Assembly: GCA_965223815.1 (NCBI GenBank)
Contig: OZ245019.1
Coordinates: forward strand, 1,667,804-1,731,803
DNA from: Sedimenticolaceae bacterium
GTDB taxonomy: Bacteria > Pseudomonadota > Gammaproteobacteria > Chromatiales > Chromatiaceae
DNA: 64,000 nt
Direction of reading: 5' to 3'
Each line of letters begins with the position of its first letter. Position 1 is the first letter of the stretch. A program made the translations under genes and the position numbers. Shown in pieces: positions 19,656 through 30,007 of the stretch. The notes beneath the pieces were generated by a model, which did not search any database, was not told where the DNA came from, and was given only the letters and a program-made list of their open reading frames with translations.

Positions 19656-20629
19656 TTACGCAACACCTCTGGTTGTTACTGGATCTGCTCTTGGCGGCCA
19701 TTGTTCTCGGATTGGGATGGGCTGCCACAGCCAGTTACGACTTGAGGCGCAGCCTGGTTTTTTTCATCGCTTTCGGTCTTTTTTTGGCTATTGTTTGGGC
19801 ACGGCTCAATGCCCCCGATCTGGCATTGGCGGAGGCGGCGATCGGAGCCGGGCTCTCTGGTGCGTTGTTGCTGGCGGCTCTTAAAGACGCACCTGCAGTG
19901 GAGAAAACGGACGTCAGCTTACGGGGCACCTCTTACTGGTTGATCTCGCTGTTCACGTTCGTCCTAACCACAGCTTTGGCATGGGCGCTTGTCGAGGCAC
20001 TTATGGTCAGCGATAGCGAGCGAATGGCGGAAAAGATCCTGGCGCTATCGCCGGAAAGCGGGGTAACCAATCCGGTGACCGCTGTCCTGCTCAATTTTCG
20101 CGCCTACGACACACTGCTCGAGCTGGGTGTCTTGCTGATAGCCGGGCTCGGGATCTTGGCGTCCGGATCCGAACGCCAAGCCGATTCGGTAACCGGTGCG
20201 ATGTTCGCCGGTCTGATTCGTTGGCTGGTTCCACTGCTGATCGTTACTGCGGGTTATCTGTTGTGGACAGGGGCGCATGCCCCGGGCGGTGCTTTTCAAG
20301 CCGGCGCGGTGCTGGCAGCGGCGGCGGTACTTCTGCGCCTGGGCGGACACCCCAAGGCGGGGCTTCCCTCACCGATTACGCAGCGATTACTTCTGGTCAG
20401 CGGTGTTGGCATATTCCTTGTGGTGGGTGCCGCGGCCTCCATTGCCGGGCTGGCTTTTCTTGAGTATCCCGCAGGGTGGTCCGGACTGCTCATCCTGGTG
20501 ATTGAGTCTGCCGCCACACTGTCGGTCGCCACAACACTTACCCTGGCGTACCTCGGAGGTCAGCCCGCCGACTGGTTGATCGGTAACGACCGGGTCCAAG
20601 TGCCGGAAATCCGGGAGCAGCGGCCATGA
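19652..20629 (+). CDS. Fusion of an MrpA C-terminal-like (DUF4040) domain and an MrpB (MnhB) domain
   Basis: 325-aa ORF. The N-terminal part resembles DUF4040 (FIAFGLFLAIVWARLNAPDLALAEAAIGAGL) and the C-terminal part has the MnhB motif GVTNPVTAVLLNFRAYDTLLELGVL. Its start overlaps the mrpG stop (ATGA). Confidence 0.7.
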   Translation: MITQHLWLLLDLLLAAIVLGLGWAATASYDLRRSLVFFIAFGLFLAIVWARLNAPDLALAEAAIGAGLSGALLLAALKDAPAVEKTDVSLRGTSYWLISLFTFVLTTALAWALVEALMVSDSERMAEKILALSPESGVTNPVTAVLLNFRAYDTLLELGVLLIAGLGILASGSERQADSVTGAMFAGLIRWLVPLLIVTAGYLLWTGAHAPGGAFQAGAVLAAAAVLLRLGGHPKAGLPSPITQRLLLVSGVGIFLVVGAAASIAGLAFLEYPAGWSGLLILVIESAATLSVATTLTLAYLGGQPADWLIGNDRVQVPEIREQRP

Positions 20630-20910
20630 CCATCACTATAATGGTCTATACGCTGGCTGGGGCTGCACTCTTCGGGCTGGGTATGCGGGCGGTAATGTTG
20701 CGCCGATCGTTGCTGGGTCGAGTGATTGGGTTCAATGTCAGCGGCGCCGGACTTTTCCTGGTGCTGGTAGCCGTGGCTTATCGCGGCCCCGATGTCATAG
20801 CGGATGCTCTTCCCCATGCGTTGGTACTCACAGGCATTGTAGTGGCTGTAGGCGCTACCGCTTTGGCACTGGCATTGGGTAGGCGTCTCAGAGGAGAGGA
20901 TCATGAATAG
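20626..20910 (+). CDS. mrpC: Mrp antiporter subunit C (NuoK-like)
   Basis: 94-aa, 3-TM ORF that overlaps its neighbours at both ends. Confidence 0.75.
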   Translation: MTITIMVYTLAGAALFGLGMRAVMLRRSLLGRVIGFNVSGAGLFLVLVAVAYRGPDVIADALPHALVLTGIVVAVGATALALALGRRLRGEDHE

Positions 20911-22360
20911 CATCCTGATCCTTCCCATCCTACTGCCTATGTCTGCCGCCCTGCTGGCGATACTTTGGCGTGGCAGATCGCGGGAGATCGGCATCCTGGC
21001 GCAAATTCTCACTCTGGCGGCGGTCATTCTGCTGATTTTCCGCTTGCCGGATGACGGGCTCTTGACGCATACCCTCGGGGGCTGGTCCGGTGGGCTGGGC
21101 ATCACGCTGCGGGCCGATGGGTTAGCGTTGGTTTTCCTCGGTTTGACCAGCTCTGTATCCCTGGTCGCCGGTTGGTACGCACTCAGCTATTTCTCCGGCA
21201 AGGCATCGCAAGTCGGATTCTGGCCAATCTGGTTGATGTTGATTGCGGCGCTTCACGGACTACTGCTGTCTGCGGATTTATTCAATCTCTACGTCACATT
21301 GGAGATGCTCGGATTGGGCAGTGTGACGCTGGTTACCTTGAGCAATCAGCGAGCGGCTGTGGAGTCGGCACTGCGCTATCTGATGGTCGGGTTGCTGGGT
21401 TCTCTCGCATTCCTGGCGGGTGTGGCGCTGATTTATTCCCGTTACGGGACTCTAGACATGTTGCTGTTGCAGGGGATGGTGAACTCGGAGCCCGCGACCT
21501 GGATCGCGCTGTCGCTGATGAGTACCGGCTTACTGGTGAAATCGGCATTGTTTCCTCTCCACTTCTGGCTCCCCGCCGCTCATTCCGGGGCACCGGCCCC
21601 AGTAAGTGCCGTGCTTTCAGCTCTGGTAGTGAAGGCGGCATTCTATCTCCTGATGCGGCTATGGTTGGAACTACTGCAGCCGGTCATGACCCCGGCAGTA
21701 TCTTGGACGGTCGGCCTCCTGGGTGCCGCGGCGGTTATCTGGGGCTCCTGGAATGCGTTGTTTGCCAAGCGCCTGAAACTGCTGGCGGCACACTCGACCG
21801 TCGCTCAGCTTGGCTATCTTTTCATGTTCCTTCCACTGCTCCTGGCGCTTCCTCCAGGGGTTGCCAAGGATACCCTGACAGGTGCTCTGCTGCTGATGTT
21901 GCTCTCTCACGGGTTCGCCAAAAGCGCCCTGTTTCTCGCCGCCGGGACAATTCAGAAATCCCTGGGCCATGACAGGATTGATGATATGGGCGGTGTCGCA
22001 CGCCGGCTACCGGTCACCAATTTTGCGCTGGCGCTGGCGGGCGTTTCACTTGTCGGTTTACCACCCAGCGGCGCCTTCCTCGCTAAATGGCAGTTGGTGT
22101 CCACAGCGATCACTCTCGGCCAATGGCTGTGGGTCGCGGTAGTGGCCATCGGTTCCCTGATGGCTGCGGCCTATTTATTCAAGGTGCTCAACCACACTTT
22201 CGGGGAAGGCATGGAGCAGGTGCAGGCTCCTGGCGGATCTCAAGCGCAGCTGCCCGCGCTGTTATTGGCTCTAGTCGCAACCCTTCTCCTGGGTCTGGGC
22301 GCTGCTCCCTTGTGGGAATTCGTCGGCCTCCACGGCGAATCGATGGAGGGCTTTCGATGA
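20903..22360 (+). CDS. Proton-conducting antiporter-like subunit, MrpD/NuoN-type (copy 1)
   Basis: 485-aa polytopic protein with the Proton_antipo_M core (LVKSALFPLHFWLPAAHSGAPAPVSAVLSALVVKAAFY). Confidence 0.8.
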   Translation: MNSILILPILLPMSAALLAILWRGRSREIGILAQILTLAAVILLIFRLPDDGLLTHTLGGWSGGLGITLRADGLALVFLGLTSSVSLVAGWYALSYFSGKASQVGFWPIWLMLIAALHGLLLSADLFNLYVTLEMLGLGSVTLVTLSNQRAAVESALRYLMVGLLGSLAFLAGVALIYSRYGTLDMLLLQGMVNSEPATWIALSLMSTGLLVKSALFPLHFWLPAAHSGAPAPVSAVLSALVVKAAFYLLMRLWLELLQPVMTPAVSWTVGLLGAAAVIWGSWNALFAKRLKLLAAHSTVAQLGYLFMFLPLLLALPPGVAKDTLTGALLLMLLSHGFAKSALFLAAGTIQKSLGHDRIDDMGGVARRLPVTNFALALAGVSLVGLPPSGAFLAKWQLVSTAITLGQWLWVAVVAIGSLMAAAYLFKVLNHTFGEGMEQVQAPGGSQAQLPALLLALVATLLLGLGAAPLWEFVGLHGESMEGFR

Positions 22361-23856
22361 CCTTGGAAACTGCGCTACCGGTTTTGATCGTACTCAGCTC
22401 GCTGCTCCCGGGGGTAGCGATTTTCATGCTCAAGGAGGAGGACAACCACCTTCGCACTGGTCTCAATCTGTTCGGTGCCCTCTCGAAAATGGTGCTGGTG
22501 GCGGTCATGATTTGGGGTGTGTTTCACGAGCGGGTATTCGAGGCCCGGTGGACACTGGCGCCCGAATTGGAATTGGTGCTGCACGCGGATGAGTTGTCGG
22601 TATTGTTCGTCACTCTGTCGACGGTCCTGTGGCTGGTGACAACGGTTTATGCCATCGGTTACCTCGAACACTCCACCAACCGTCGCCGGTTCTTTGGATT
22701 CTTCAGTCTCTGCGTGACGGCAACGGTGGGTTTGGCACTGGCCGGCAACCTCTTTACCTTTGTGCTCTTCTACGAGGCACTCACCCTGGCAACCTATCCG
22801 CTGGTTGCCCACAAGGGCACCGCGGAGGCCATGCGCGGCGCCCGTATTTATTTAGCCTACACGCTTGTGGGCGGCATGCTGCTTCTGGTCGGGGCGATCT
22901 GGCTGCAGTCTATTACGGGGCCTCTGGAGTTCTCCCAAGGCGGAATCCTGGGCGACCTGGAGGGTCTGGATCATGTAGTACTAGGGTGGATCTTTCTGCT
23001 CCTGATCGCCGGGCTCGGAGTCAAGGCGGCTCTGTTTCCCTTGCATGGCTGGCTGCCTGAAGCAATGGTGGCGCCGGCACCGGTAAGTGCGCTGCTGCAC
23101 GCAGTGGCTGTGGTCAAGGCGGGTGCATTCGGTATCGTGCGCGTGGTTTACGACATCTACGGTGTCGAATTCGCTGCTTCACTCGGTCTGCTTGCCCCGC
23201 TGGCAGGAGTCGCGGCGGTAACCATCATCTACGCATCCTGGCGGGCGCTTTACCAGGACAACCTGAAAAAAAGACTGGCATTCTCCACCGTGAGTCAAGT
23301 CTCCTACATTGCTCTGGGCGCGGCGATCCTGGGGCCGGTGGCAACCATAGGTGGAGTGGTACATCTGGTGCACCAGGGGGTAATGAAAATCACACTGTTT
23401 TTCGCCGCCGGCAATTATGCCGAGACACTGGGTGTCAACAAAGTCAGCGAAATGGACGGGGTCGGCAGGCGCATGCCGGGTACCACCCTGGCATTCACCA
23501 TCGGTGCACTCGGCATGATCGGGATACCACCAGTGGCCGGATTCATCAGCAAGTGGTACCTGGGCGTGGGTGCGGTTGAAGCCGGGGTCTGGATGTGGGT
23601 CATCCCGGTGTTGCTCGTCAGCAGCTTGTTGAATGCCGCCTACTTCTTACCGATTCTGTACCGGGCCTGGTTGCTTCCCGGGCCCGACGAGTGGACCACG
23701 GCCCATCCGGCCCGCAAATGGGAGACCGGCGGCGCATTGCTCTGGCCACCGGTATTCACGGCTGTCTTTGCTTTGGCATTCGGTTTATTCGCTGCGGCCC
23801 CCTATAGCGCCCTCGAGTGGGCTGAATTGATAGCCGAGCGGGAGTACAGGTCATGA
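22357..23856 (+). CDS. Proton-conducting antiporter-like subunit, MrpD/NuoM-type (copy 2)
   Basis: The start was chosen at MTLETALPVL, where ATGA overlaps the upstream stop. The core motif is VKAALFPLHGWLPEAMVAPAPVSALLHAVAVVKAGAFG. The track ORF start at 22087 is a read-through artefact. Confidence 0.8.
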   Translation: MTLETALPVLIVLSSLLPGVAIFMLKEEDNHLRTGLNLFGALSKMVLVAVMIWGVFHERVFEARWTLAPELELVLHADELSVLFVTLSTVLWLVTTVYAIGYLEHSTNRRRFFGFFSLCVTATVGLALAGNLFTFVLFYEALTLATYPLVAHKGTAEAMRGARIYLAYTLVGGMLLLVGAIWLQSITGPLEFSQGGILGDLEGLDHVVLGWIFLLLIAGLGVKAALFPLHGWLPEAMVAPAPVSALLHAVAVVKAGAFGIVRVVYDIYGVEFAASLGLLAPLAGVAAVTIIYASWRALYQDNLKKRLAFSTVSQVSYIALGAAILGPVATIGGVVHLVHQGVMKITLFFAAGNYAETLGVNKVSEMDGVGRRMPGTTLAFTIGALGMIGIPPVAGFISKWYLGVGAVEAGVWMWVIPVLLVSSLLNAAYFLPILYRAWLLPGPDEWTTAHPARKWETGGALLWPPVFTAVFALAFGLFAAAPYSALEWAELIAEREYRS

Positions 23857-25526
23857 ACGCCACCTTAGTTCTGTTCGCCTGGATGGCGCCGCTGCTGGTA
23901 CTGCCCCTGATGGCCACCCGGATAGCGGTCCCCCTGACCGTTGCAGCCGCTTTACCAGCTTTGGTAGCTGCGATACTCGTACCCGAGGGATTTATTGTCG
24001 AAATACCCTGGCTGCTGTTGGGTGCGCGTCTGGGCCTGGATACCCATGCCGGTCTCTTTCTCTTATTTTCGGCGCTGCTGTGGGCTGTGGCCGCAGCCCA
24101 ATCCGGTTTGCTGAAGCAACCCCAGACGGCTAGGGTCCGCTTTCGACTCTTCTTCCTGCTGGCGATGTGTGGCAACTTCGGTTTGATCCTGGGTCAGGAT
24201 CTGGTGACTTTCTACCTCGGCTTCGCGGTCATGGGGTTGGCTGCGTATGGACTGGTGGTACAGGATGGCAGCGTACAGGCAAGGCGCGCCGGCCGGGTCT
24301 ACCTGGTGATGACACTGCTTGCCGAGTTCCTGCTGTTGTTCGGCTTTATCGCTCTTTTTTGGCGGACGGGCACCTTGACGCCCTCGGCCAGCCAACTGGC
24401 TGGTGCCGGTGGTTTGGAACTCGCGAGCTTCATCACCGCTTTTGGCATAAAAGCCGGGATGCTTGGACTGCACATCTGGTTGCCCCTGGCCCATCCTGCT
24501 GCGCCGGTTCCCGCCAGCGCGGTGCTGAGCGGCGCCATGATAAAGACCGCACTGATCGGTTGGCTACGCTATCTGCCACTGGGCCAGGAGAGTCTGCCGG
24601 AATGGGGTCTGTTGCTGATCGTCGCAGGTGCTGCCGGAGCTTTGCTGGCGGTGCCCATGGGTTTGGTTCAGCGCGATTCTAAGGTAGTCCTCGCTTACTC
24701 CAGCATCGGTAAAATGGGCACGATGATTTGTGCCTTGGGAGTGGCGCTTATCGAGCCCGCGGCGGCACCTGCGCTGGGAGCGGCGATCGCGTTCTTCGCA
24801 GCTCACCACGGGATCGCGAAGGGGGCACTGTTTCTGGGCGTGGGAACGGTGAAATCAGTCTCCGCCCGCTGGCCCCTCTGGCTGTTGGCAGTACCTGCTT
24901 TGGTGCTGGCCGGCCTGCCTTATACCTCAGGTGAACTCGCCAAGAGTCAGTTGACTGTGGCTTTGGGAAGCGGCAGCGAAGACTGGAGCGAGAAGCTCTC
25001 CTGGCTGTTCATGATGACAGCTATGGGTACAGCGATGCTGTTGCTGCGGTTCCTTTATCTGGTTAACGGTTTGCGGCCAAACTCCCGCGCCCTGCCAATC
25101 TGGAAATTCGCACCTTGGTCGCTGCTGATTCTGGTATTGCTTCTGCTTCCCGTCGGTTATCCCGCATTCCATGGGGGGCTGCTGCAGTGGGCCCCGACAC
25201 TGCTGGCGGTGGTAATCGCAGCCCTGGTTTTATACCTACGGCCGCAATTTTTGCTGAAGTTGGTGGGACGTATTCCTCCAGGGGATATGATCAGCGGATT
25301 TTTATATCCGGCCAGGCTTGCCCGTGCCTTGTTCGGCCGCCTCAAAGTCGCCGTGTCAGGGCGGTTCCTAAGCTCCCTGCTGGCCGATTTTCGAGGGCTT
25401 CTACTGCAAAATCTGGCGCATCACACAAGAGGGTATTCGATTTCGCGAGCCGCTGCGGCGGGGTTTGCCTGGCTGGGTGTTGCACTGGTGATGCTGCTCT
25501 CCATCATTCCTTGGAGCGGGGCATGA
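23853..25526 (+). CDS. Proton-conducting antiporter-like subunit, MrpA/NuoL-like (copy 3)
   Basis: 557-aa polytopic protein with the core motif IKAGMLGLHIWLPLAHPAAPVPASAVLSGAMIKTALIG. Its start overlaps the upstream stop. Confidence 0.75.
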   Translation: MNATLVLFAWMAPLLVLPLMATRIAVPLTVAAALPALVAAILVPEGFIVEIPWLLLGARLGLDTHAGLFLLFSALLWAVAAAQSGLLKQPQTARVRFRLFFLLAMCGNFGLILGQDLVTFYLGFAVMGLAAYGLVVQDGSVQARRAGRVYLVMTLLAEFLLLFGFIALFWRTGTLTPSASQLAGAGGLELASFITAFGIKAGMLGLHIWLPLAHPAAPVPASAVLSGAMIKTALIGWLRYLPLGQESLPEWGLLLIVAGAAGALLAVPMGLVQRDSKVVLAYSSIGKMGTMICALGVALIEPAAAPALGAAIAFFAAHHGIAKGALFLGVGTVKSVSARWPLWLLAVPALVLAGLPYTSGELAKSQLTVALGSGSEDWSEKLSWLFMMTAMGTAMLLLRFLYLVNGLRPNSRALPIWKFAPWSLLILVLLLLPVGYPAFHGGLLQWAPTLLAVVIAALVLYLRPQFLLKLVGRIPPGDMISGFLYPARLARALFGRLKVAVSGRFLSSLLADFRGLLLQNLAHHTRGYSISRAAAAGFAWLGVALVMLLSIIPWSGA

Positions 25527-25713
25527 CTGTGTTGACGTTACTCAGGCTCGATTGTTGCACCCTTGTCCACGCTTTTAACCGGGAAGGTCAGCGGGCCTTC
25601 CAAGTCCTGGTCTGTTTCGCCGTAAGGTCTGTCGTGGCCGCCGCTCACACCCGCTGCCTGCGACAACCGATGAATGAGACAGAGCTGCTCTATTGGTGTT
25701 GGGAGACTCAACA

Positions 25714-26658
25714 ATGAAACGTTTCAAAAATATCGTGTATTTCGCCGACGGTGCCTTCGATACCTGTCCGGCACTCGAGCGTGCAATGGCACTCAGCGCC
25801 AACAATCATGCGCGTTTGACCGTCATTGATGTTATTGAAGAAAACGATTCACCACCCGAAGTCATGGCGCGCGTCGGCTCCGATCTAAACGAGATCATCA
25901 GGGACTACCGGCAGCGTGCATTGGAGGCACTCGCCGCCCCTTACACGGACGCCGATAGTTTGATCTACACTCAGGTGCTCTCCGGCAAACCCTTCGTGGA
26001 GGTGATCAAAGCAGTTATCCAGAACGGTTACGATTTGCTGATAAAGCCCGCACGTCCACCGGAGGGCTTTTCGGAGCGTCTGCTGGGCAGCACCGATCTG
26101 CATCTCATGCGCAAGTGTCCGTGCCCGGTGTGGGTCGATCGCCCGGGCTCCGCCAACCCCTACCGCAGGATTGTCGCGGCGGTGGATCCCACCGGTAGTG
26201 AGTCCGATCACAGTGATCGGCTGATCATGGATCTGGCCACTTCACTTGCCGAGCGTGAAACCGCAGAGCTTGATGTGGTGCACGCCTGGCGGGTCTATGG
26301 TGAATCCATGATGCGGAGCGGCCGGGGTAGAATTTCCGCTTCCGAACAGGAGCAGGTCATTTCAGAGACAGAACGTTTCCACAGAGAGGCTTTGGATGCA
26401 CTGTTGAGAGACTACGGGATGAGCTCGGAGCAACCAAACGTGCACTGCACCGAAGGACAACCGTCAGCGATCATTCATCGACTGAGTCGAGATCTGGAAG
26501 CTGACCTGGTGGTGATGGGCACAGCCGGTCGTACCGGCATCCCCGGCTTTTTCATTGGTAACACCGCTGAGGAGGTATTACAGGCAGCGACCGCGTCTGT
26601 GCTGGCGGTAAAACCCTTTGGCTTCGTCTCCCCCGTGGAGTTGGCGGGCGGCGGCTGA
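25714..26658 (+). CDS. uspE: Tandem universal stress protein (UspE-like)
   Basis: Two Usp domains are present. The C-terminal ATP-binding-type motif is VVMGTAGRTGIPGFFIGNTAEEVL, and LMRKCPCPVWV resembles UspE. The start at MKRFKNIVYF has a GGGAGA RBS. Confidence 0.7.
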   Translation: MKRFKNIVYFADGAFDTCPALERAMALSANNHARLTVIDVIEENDSPPEVMARVGSDLNEIIRDYRQRALEALAAPYTDADSLIYTQVLSGKPFVEVIKAVIQNGYDLLIKPARPPEGFSERLLGSTDLHLMRKCPCPVWVDRPGSANPYRRIVAAVDPTGSESDHSDRLIMDLATSLAERETAELDVVHAWRVYGESMMRSGRGRISASEQEQVISETERFHREALDALLRDYGMSSEQPNVHCTEGQPSAIIHRLSRDLEADLVVMGTAGRTGIPGFFIGNTAEEVLQAATASVLAVKPFGFVSPVELAGGG

Positions 26659-26943
26659 TAGGAGGAATTTGTCGAGTTGCACGCAGCCCAAGCGAAGCTC
26701 ACTGACAGCTGTAGGCGATATGAAAGACTACCGACGCCGATTGACGCCCGCTGTGCTAACATCACCAGCAGGATCGTTTTCCGAAAGCCTGTTTGGTCAG
26801 CCGCTGAAGCTTTGAAACCCCAATCCGGGCAAGGCCAATAAACACTCCGCTGCATTGATGATTTCCACCTGTGTCCCTAAACTGAAGCTGAGTGTGATCG
26901 ATGACTTGCAGTTTTATACTCCGACCCTGGAGATGAGTGGCCG

Positions 26944-27849
26944 ATGCCGGACTTGAAACTCAACTTGAAGCACCTGCGTTATTTCTGGTCCGTTGCCAGC
27001 CACGGTTCCGTCGCCCGGGCCGCTGATGCATTGTTCCTGACGCCGCAAACGATTAGCGGCCAATTGCGCGATTTGGAACGGCAGGTTGGCGGTAAGCTGT
27101 TTCGGAAAGAGGGTAGGGGATTGGTCTTGACCGATACCGGGCAGCTGGTTTTCTCGTACGCGGACGAGATGTTCCGTATCGGCGTCGAATTGCAAAACGC
27201 GCTGACCGGATACGTCCCCGGCGCTGCAATGACACTCAAGGTAGGCATCGCCATGGTGGTGCCAAAACTGCTGGCTTATCGTATTCTGGAACCGGTCCTG
27301 CAGATGCCAGAGGGTGTTAGGTTGGTTTGCTCGGAGGATTCGCTTGTAGGTCTGTTGGCCGATCTCTCAGTACATAAGCTGGATGTGGTGTTGGCCGATA
27401 GCCCGCTTAATCCGGTGTTGAATATACGTGCCTATAATCATCCTTTGGGCAGCTCTGGAATCAGTTTTTTTGCCAGCCCCGAACAGGCCGTGAAACTGAA
27501 GGGAGACTTTCCTGCCTGCCTGGATGGGCAGCCCCTGCTCATGCCTGGTGGGGGTAGCGTCCTGCGACGGGATCTGGAGGCGTGGTTTGGACGTCATGAG
27601 GTCACGCCCATTGTGGTCGCAGAATTCGACGACCGGGCCTTGATGAAGGCCTTTGGCGAGCGGGGGGCGGGCATCTTCACATCCCCCAGCGCGGTGGAAC
27701 AGGACGTGCTGGAAAAGTACCAAGTGGTGTCGATAGGGCAAACCCTGGAAATATCCGAAAGCTATTACTTGATCTCCGCAGAGCGACGCATTCGTCATCC
27801 GGCAGTTTCGGCCATTACCGAAGCGGCGCGCAGTGAGCTTTTCTTTTGA
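26944..27849 (+). CDS. nhaR: LysR-family regulator closely resembling NhaR (Na+/H+ antiporter activator)
   Basis: The N-terminus HLRYFWSVASHGSVARAADALFLTPQTISGQLRDLERQVGGKLFRKEGRGL parallels E. coli NhaR as I recall it. It lies two genes downstream of the Mrp cluster. Confidence 0.65.
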   Translation: MPDLKLNLKHLRYFWSVASHGSVARAADALFLTPQTISGQLRDLERQVGGKLFRKEGRGLVLTDTGQLVFSYADEMFRIGVELQNALTGYVPGAAMTLKVGIAMVVPKLLAYRILEPVLQMPEGVRLVCSEDSLVGLLADLSVHKLDVVLADSPLNPVLNIRAYNHPLGSSGISFFASPEQAVKLKGDFPACLDGQPLLMPGGGSVLRRDLEAWFGRHEVTPIVVAEFDDRALMKAFGERGAGIFTSPSAVEQDVLEKYQVVSIGQTLEISESYYLISAERRIRHPAVSAITEAARSELFF

Positions 27850-27978
27850 GCGCCAACCGTTTGCTGTAGCAGTTAGGACAGTGTGGCGCACCCGGCATAC
27901 AATCCCGTAATAACGGCAACTTCAGCTGCTCGCTTTTAATCCAATCTGCCTAAAGTCAGATGGCGGAGTTGATATGCC

Positions 27979-29949
27979 TCACTCAATTCCAAGTTGCCGC
28001 TGCGCCTCCCCTGCGGTTTCATACAGATGCGGGGCAACCCGGCGCGAGTATAGAGCTTTACCCAGCTTCATGCGCAAAAAGGCGCTGGTGGTATAACGGG
28101 TGACGTCCAGGTAATAGGTTGCTACCACTTCCTGAACCATTTGCGAATAGGCGTCGATCACTTTGGGATCGATGACAAAGTTATCGTAGTTGACGATAGC
28201 GTAGACTTTGTGCCCGAGGTCGCGAAGCTTAGTGTCGACAGCATCACGGATCGCGGCGACATCCTCGGTGGTGTTAACTTCGAGTCCCTCGAAATTGAGG
28301 AAGAACAAGTTTTTCTTTGCGTCATAGTTCAAGCGCTGATTCAGGGGGCGGGCCAAAAGGTCGTCCACAAGGCCCATGGGATCAGGCGCAAAGATACGCG
28401 GATCCATGAGGCGAGGTTCGCCCCTGATCACCGGCTCGAAGTCCATGAGCGCAAGAATGTCTCGTCCCATATCGATGCCGGGCGCGATTTCGATCAACTC
28501 CAAGCCCGCCGGTGTCAGGCGGAACACGCAGCGTTCGGTGACATATAGAACGGGTTGATCCCTGGCGATCGCCAACTGCCCGCTGAAGGTTCGGTGTTCT
28601 ACTGCCTGGATGAATTTAGGGTTACCTCCCGGTGGTACGCGCAAACGCCCGGCCTTGATTTCGTACATGCCTTTTACTGCAGCGAAGGTGCCGGCGTAAA
28701 CCACCTTGCGGGCATTCTGACTGATATTGATGAAGCCGCCCGCACCGGCAAGGCGGGGGCCGAATTTACTCACATTGACATTGCCCTGACGGTCAGCTTG
28801 GGCAAGCCCCAGAATGGCCACATCCAGGCCGCCGCCGTCATATAAATCAAACTGGGAAGGCTGGTCTATAACCGCAGCTGTATTCGTCGCGGCGCCGAAG
28901 TTGAGTCCGCCCGCGGGCAAACCGCCGATAACCCCAGGCTCGGCTGTGAGCGTCAGGAGGTCGATTATCTTCTCTTCATTGGCAACCGCGGCGACTCCTT
29001 CAGGCATGCCGATGCCAAGGTTGACCACCGCATTCGGTTGCAGCTCGAATGCGGCCCGGCGTGCAATAATCTTGCGTTCGTTGAGATCCATTGGTGCAAT
29101 GGACTGCATCGGTACTCGGACCTCGCCGCTATAGGCAGGATTGTAGGGTGTCTCAAAAGTCTGCCAATGGTGCTCCGGCCTCTCGGCCAGAACGACACAG
29201 TCCACGAGTACTCCAGGAATTTTTACGCTCTTGGGATTCAGGTTGCCAGTCTCGGCGATACGCTCCACTTGAACAATGACCATGCCGCCGGAGTTGCGTG
29301 CGGCGGTTGCCATGGACAGCACCTCCAAGGTGAGCGCCTCCCTCTCCATGGTTACGTTGCCGTCGGTATCCGCGGTAGTTCCTCGAAGTATGGCGACGTC
29401 GATAGGCCGGGACTCATAAAACAGATATTCCCGGTCACCGATCGATATCAGCCGCACGATATCCTCTGTTGTACATTCGTTGACACGGCCCCCTCCATAG
29501 CGGGGGTCTACAAAGGTTTCCAGCCCGACATGGGTCAGTGTACCGGGCTTGCCGGCAGCCGTGTCACGGAACAGGTGGGAGATGACACCTTGGGGCAGGT
29601 TGTAGGCCTGGATTCGATTTTCGATGGCTAATTTCTGCAGTTTCGGAACCAGGCCCCAATGCCCACCGATGACCCGTGCGACCAGTTTTTCATGCCCCAG
29701 GTGATTGAGGCCCCGCTCCTTTCCATCTCCCTGACCGGCTGCGTAGACGAGGGTTAGGTTTTTCGGTTCCCCCGTTTCAAGAAAACGCCGTTCCAGGCCC
29801 ACGGCGATACTCTCCGCAAAGCCGATGCCAACGAAACCTCCGGTAGCAACCGTATCGCCATCCCTGATGAGGCGAACCGCCTCTTCAACAGTGACGACTT
29901 TGTTCTTGCGGGATAGGGATAAATCCAAATTCGAATCCACAGTTGCCAC
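27979..29949 (-). CDS. Acyl-CoA:acetate/3-ketoacid (propionate) CoA-transferase, YdiF/Pct-like, with an extra ~120-aa C-terminal region
   Basis: 656-aa ORF with a family I CoA-transferase N-terminus (VRLIRDGDTVATGGFVGIGF, GHWGLVPKLQKLAIENRIQAYNLPQG). The characterised enzymes I recall are about 525-540 aa. Confidence 0.75.
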   Translation of the reverse strand: MATVDSNLDLSLSRKNKVVTVEEAVRLIRDGDTVATGGFVGIGFAESIAVGLERRFLETGEPKNLTLVYAAGQGDGKERGLNHLGHEKLVARVIGGHWGLVPKLQKLAIENRIQAYNLPQGVISHLFRDTAAGKPGTLTHVGLETFVDPRYGGGRVNECTTEDIVRLISIGDREYLFYESRPIDVAILRGTTADTDGNVTMEREALTLEVLSMATAARNSGGMVIVQVERIAETGNLNPKSVKIPGVLVDCVVLAERPEHHWQTFETPYNPAYSGEVRVPMQSIAPMDLNERKIIARRAAFELQPNAVVNLGIGMPEGVAAVANEEKIIDLLTLTAEPGVIGGLPAGGLNFGAATNTAAVIDQPSQFDLYDGGGLDVAILGLAQADRQGNVNVSKFGPRLAGAGGFINISQNARKVVYAGTFAAVKGMYEIKAGRLRVPPGGNPKFIQAVEHRTFSGQLAIARDQPVLYVTERCVFRLTPAGLELIEIAPGIDMGRDILALMDFEPVIRGEPRLMDPRIFAPDPMGLVDDLLARPLNQRLNYDAKKNLFFLNFEGLEVNTTEDVAAIRDAVDTKLRDLGHKVYAIVNYDNFVIDPKVIDAYSQMVQEVVATYYLDVTRYTTSAFLRMKLGKALYSRRVAPHLYETAGEAQRQLGIE

Positions 29950-30007
29950 CTCTTACAATTATTCCCGGTATCCACTCTCTTGAGACAGCTGAGGATCTGC
30001 ATCCTTG

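Noticed and set aside
21172-22356. Long alternative-frame ORFs in the Mrp cluster (for example 21172-21972 +, and the 22087 upstream extension of the second mrpD-like gene)
   Set aside because: The region is high-GC and stop-poor. The sequences are Arg/Gly/Pro-rich and overlap well-supported polytopic antiporter subunits. The ATGA-coupled start at 22357 fits the operon pattern.
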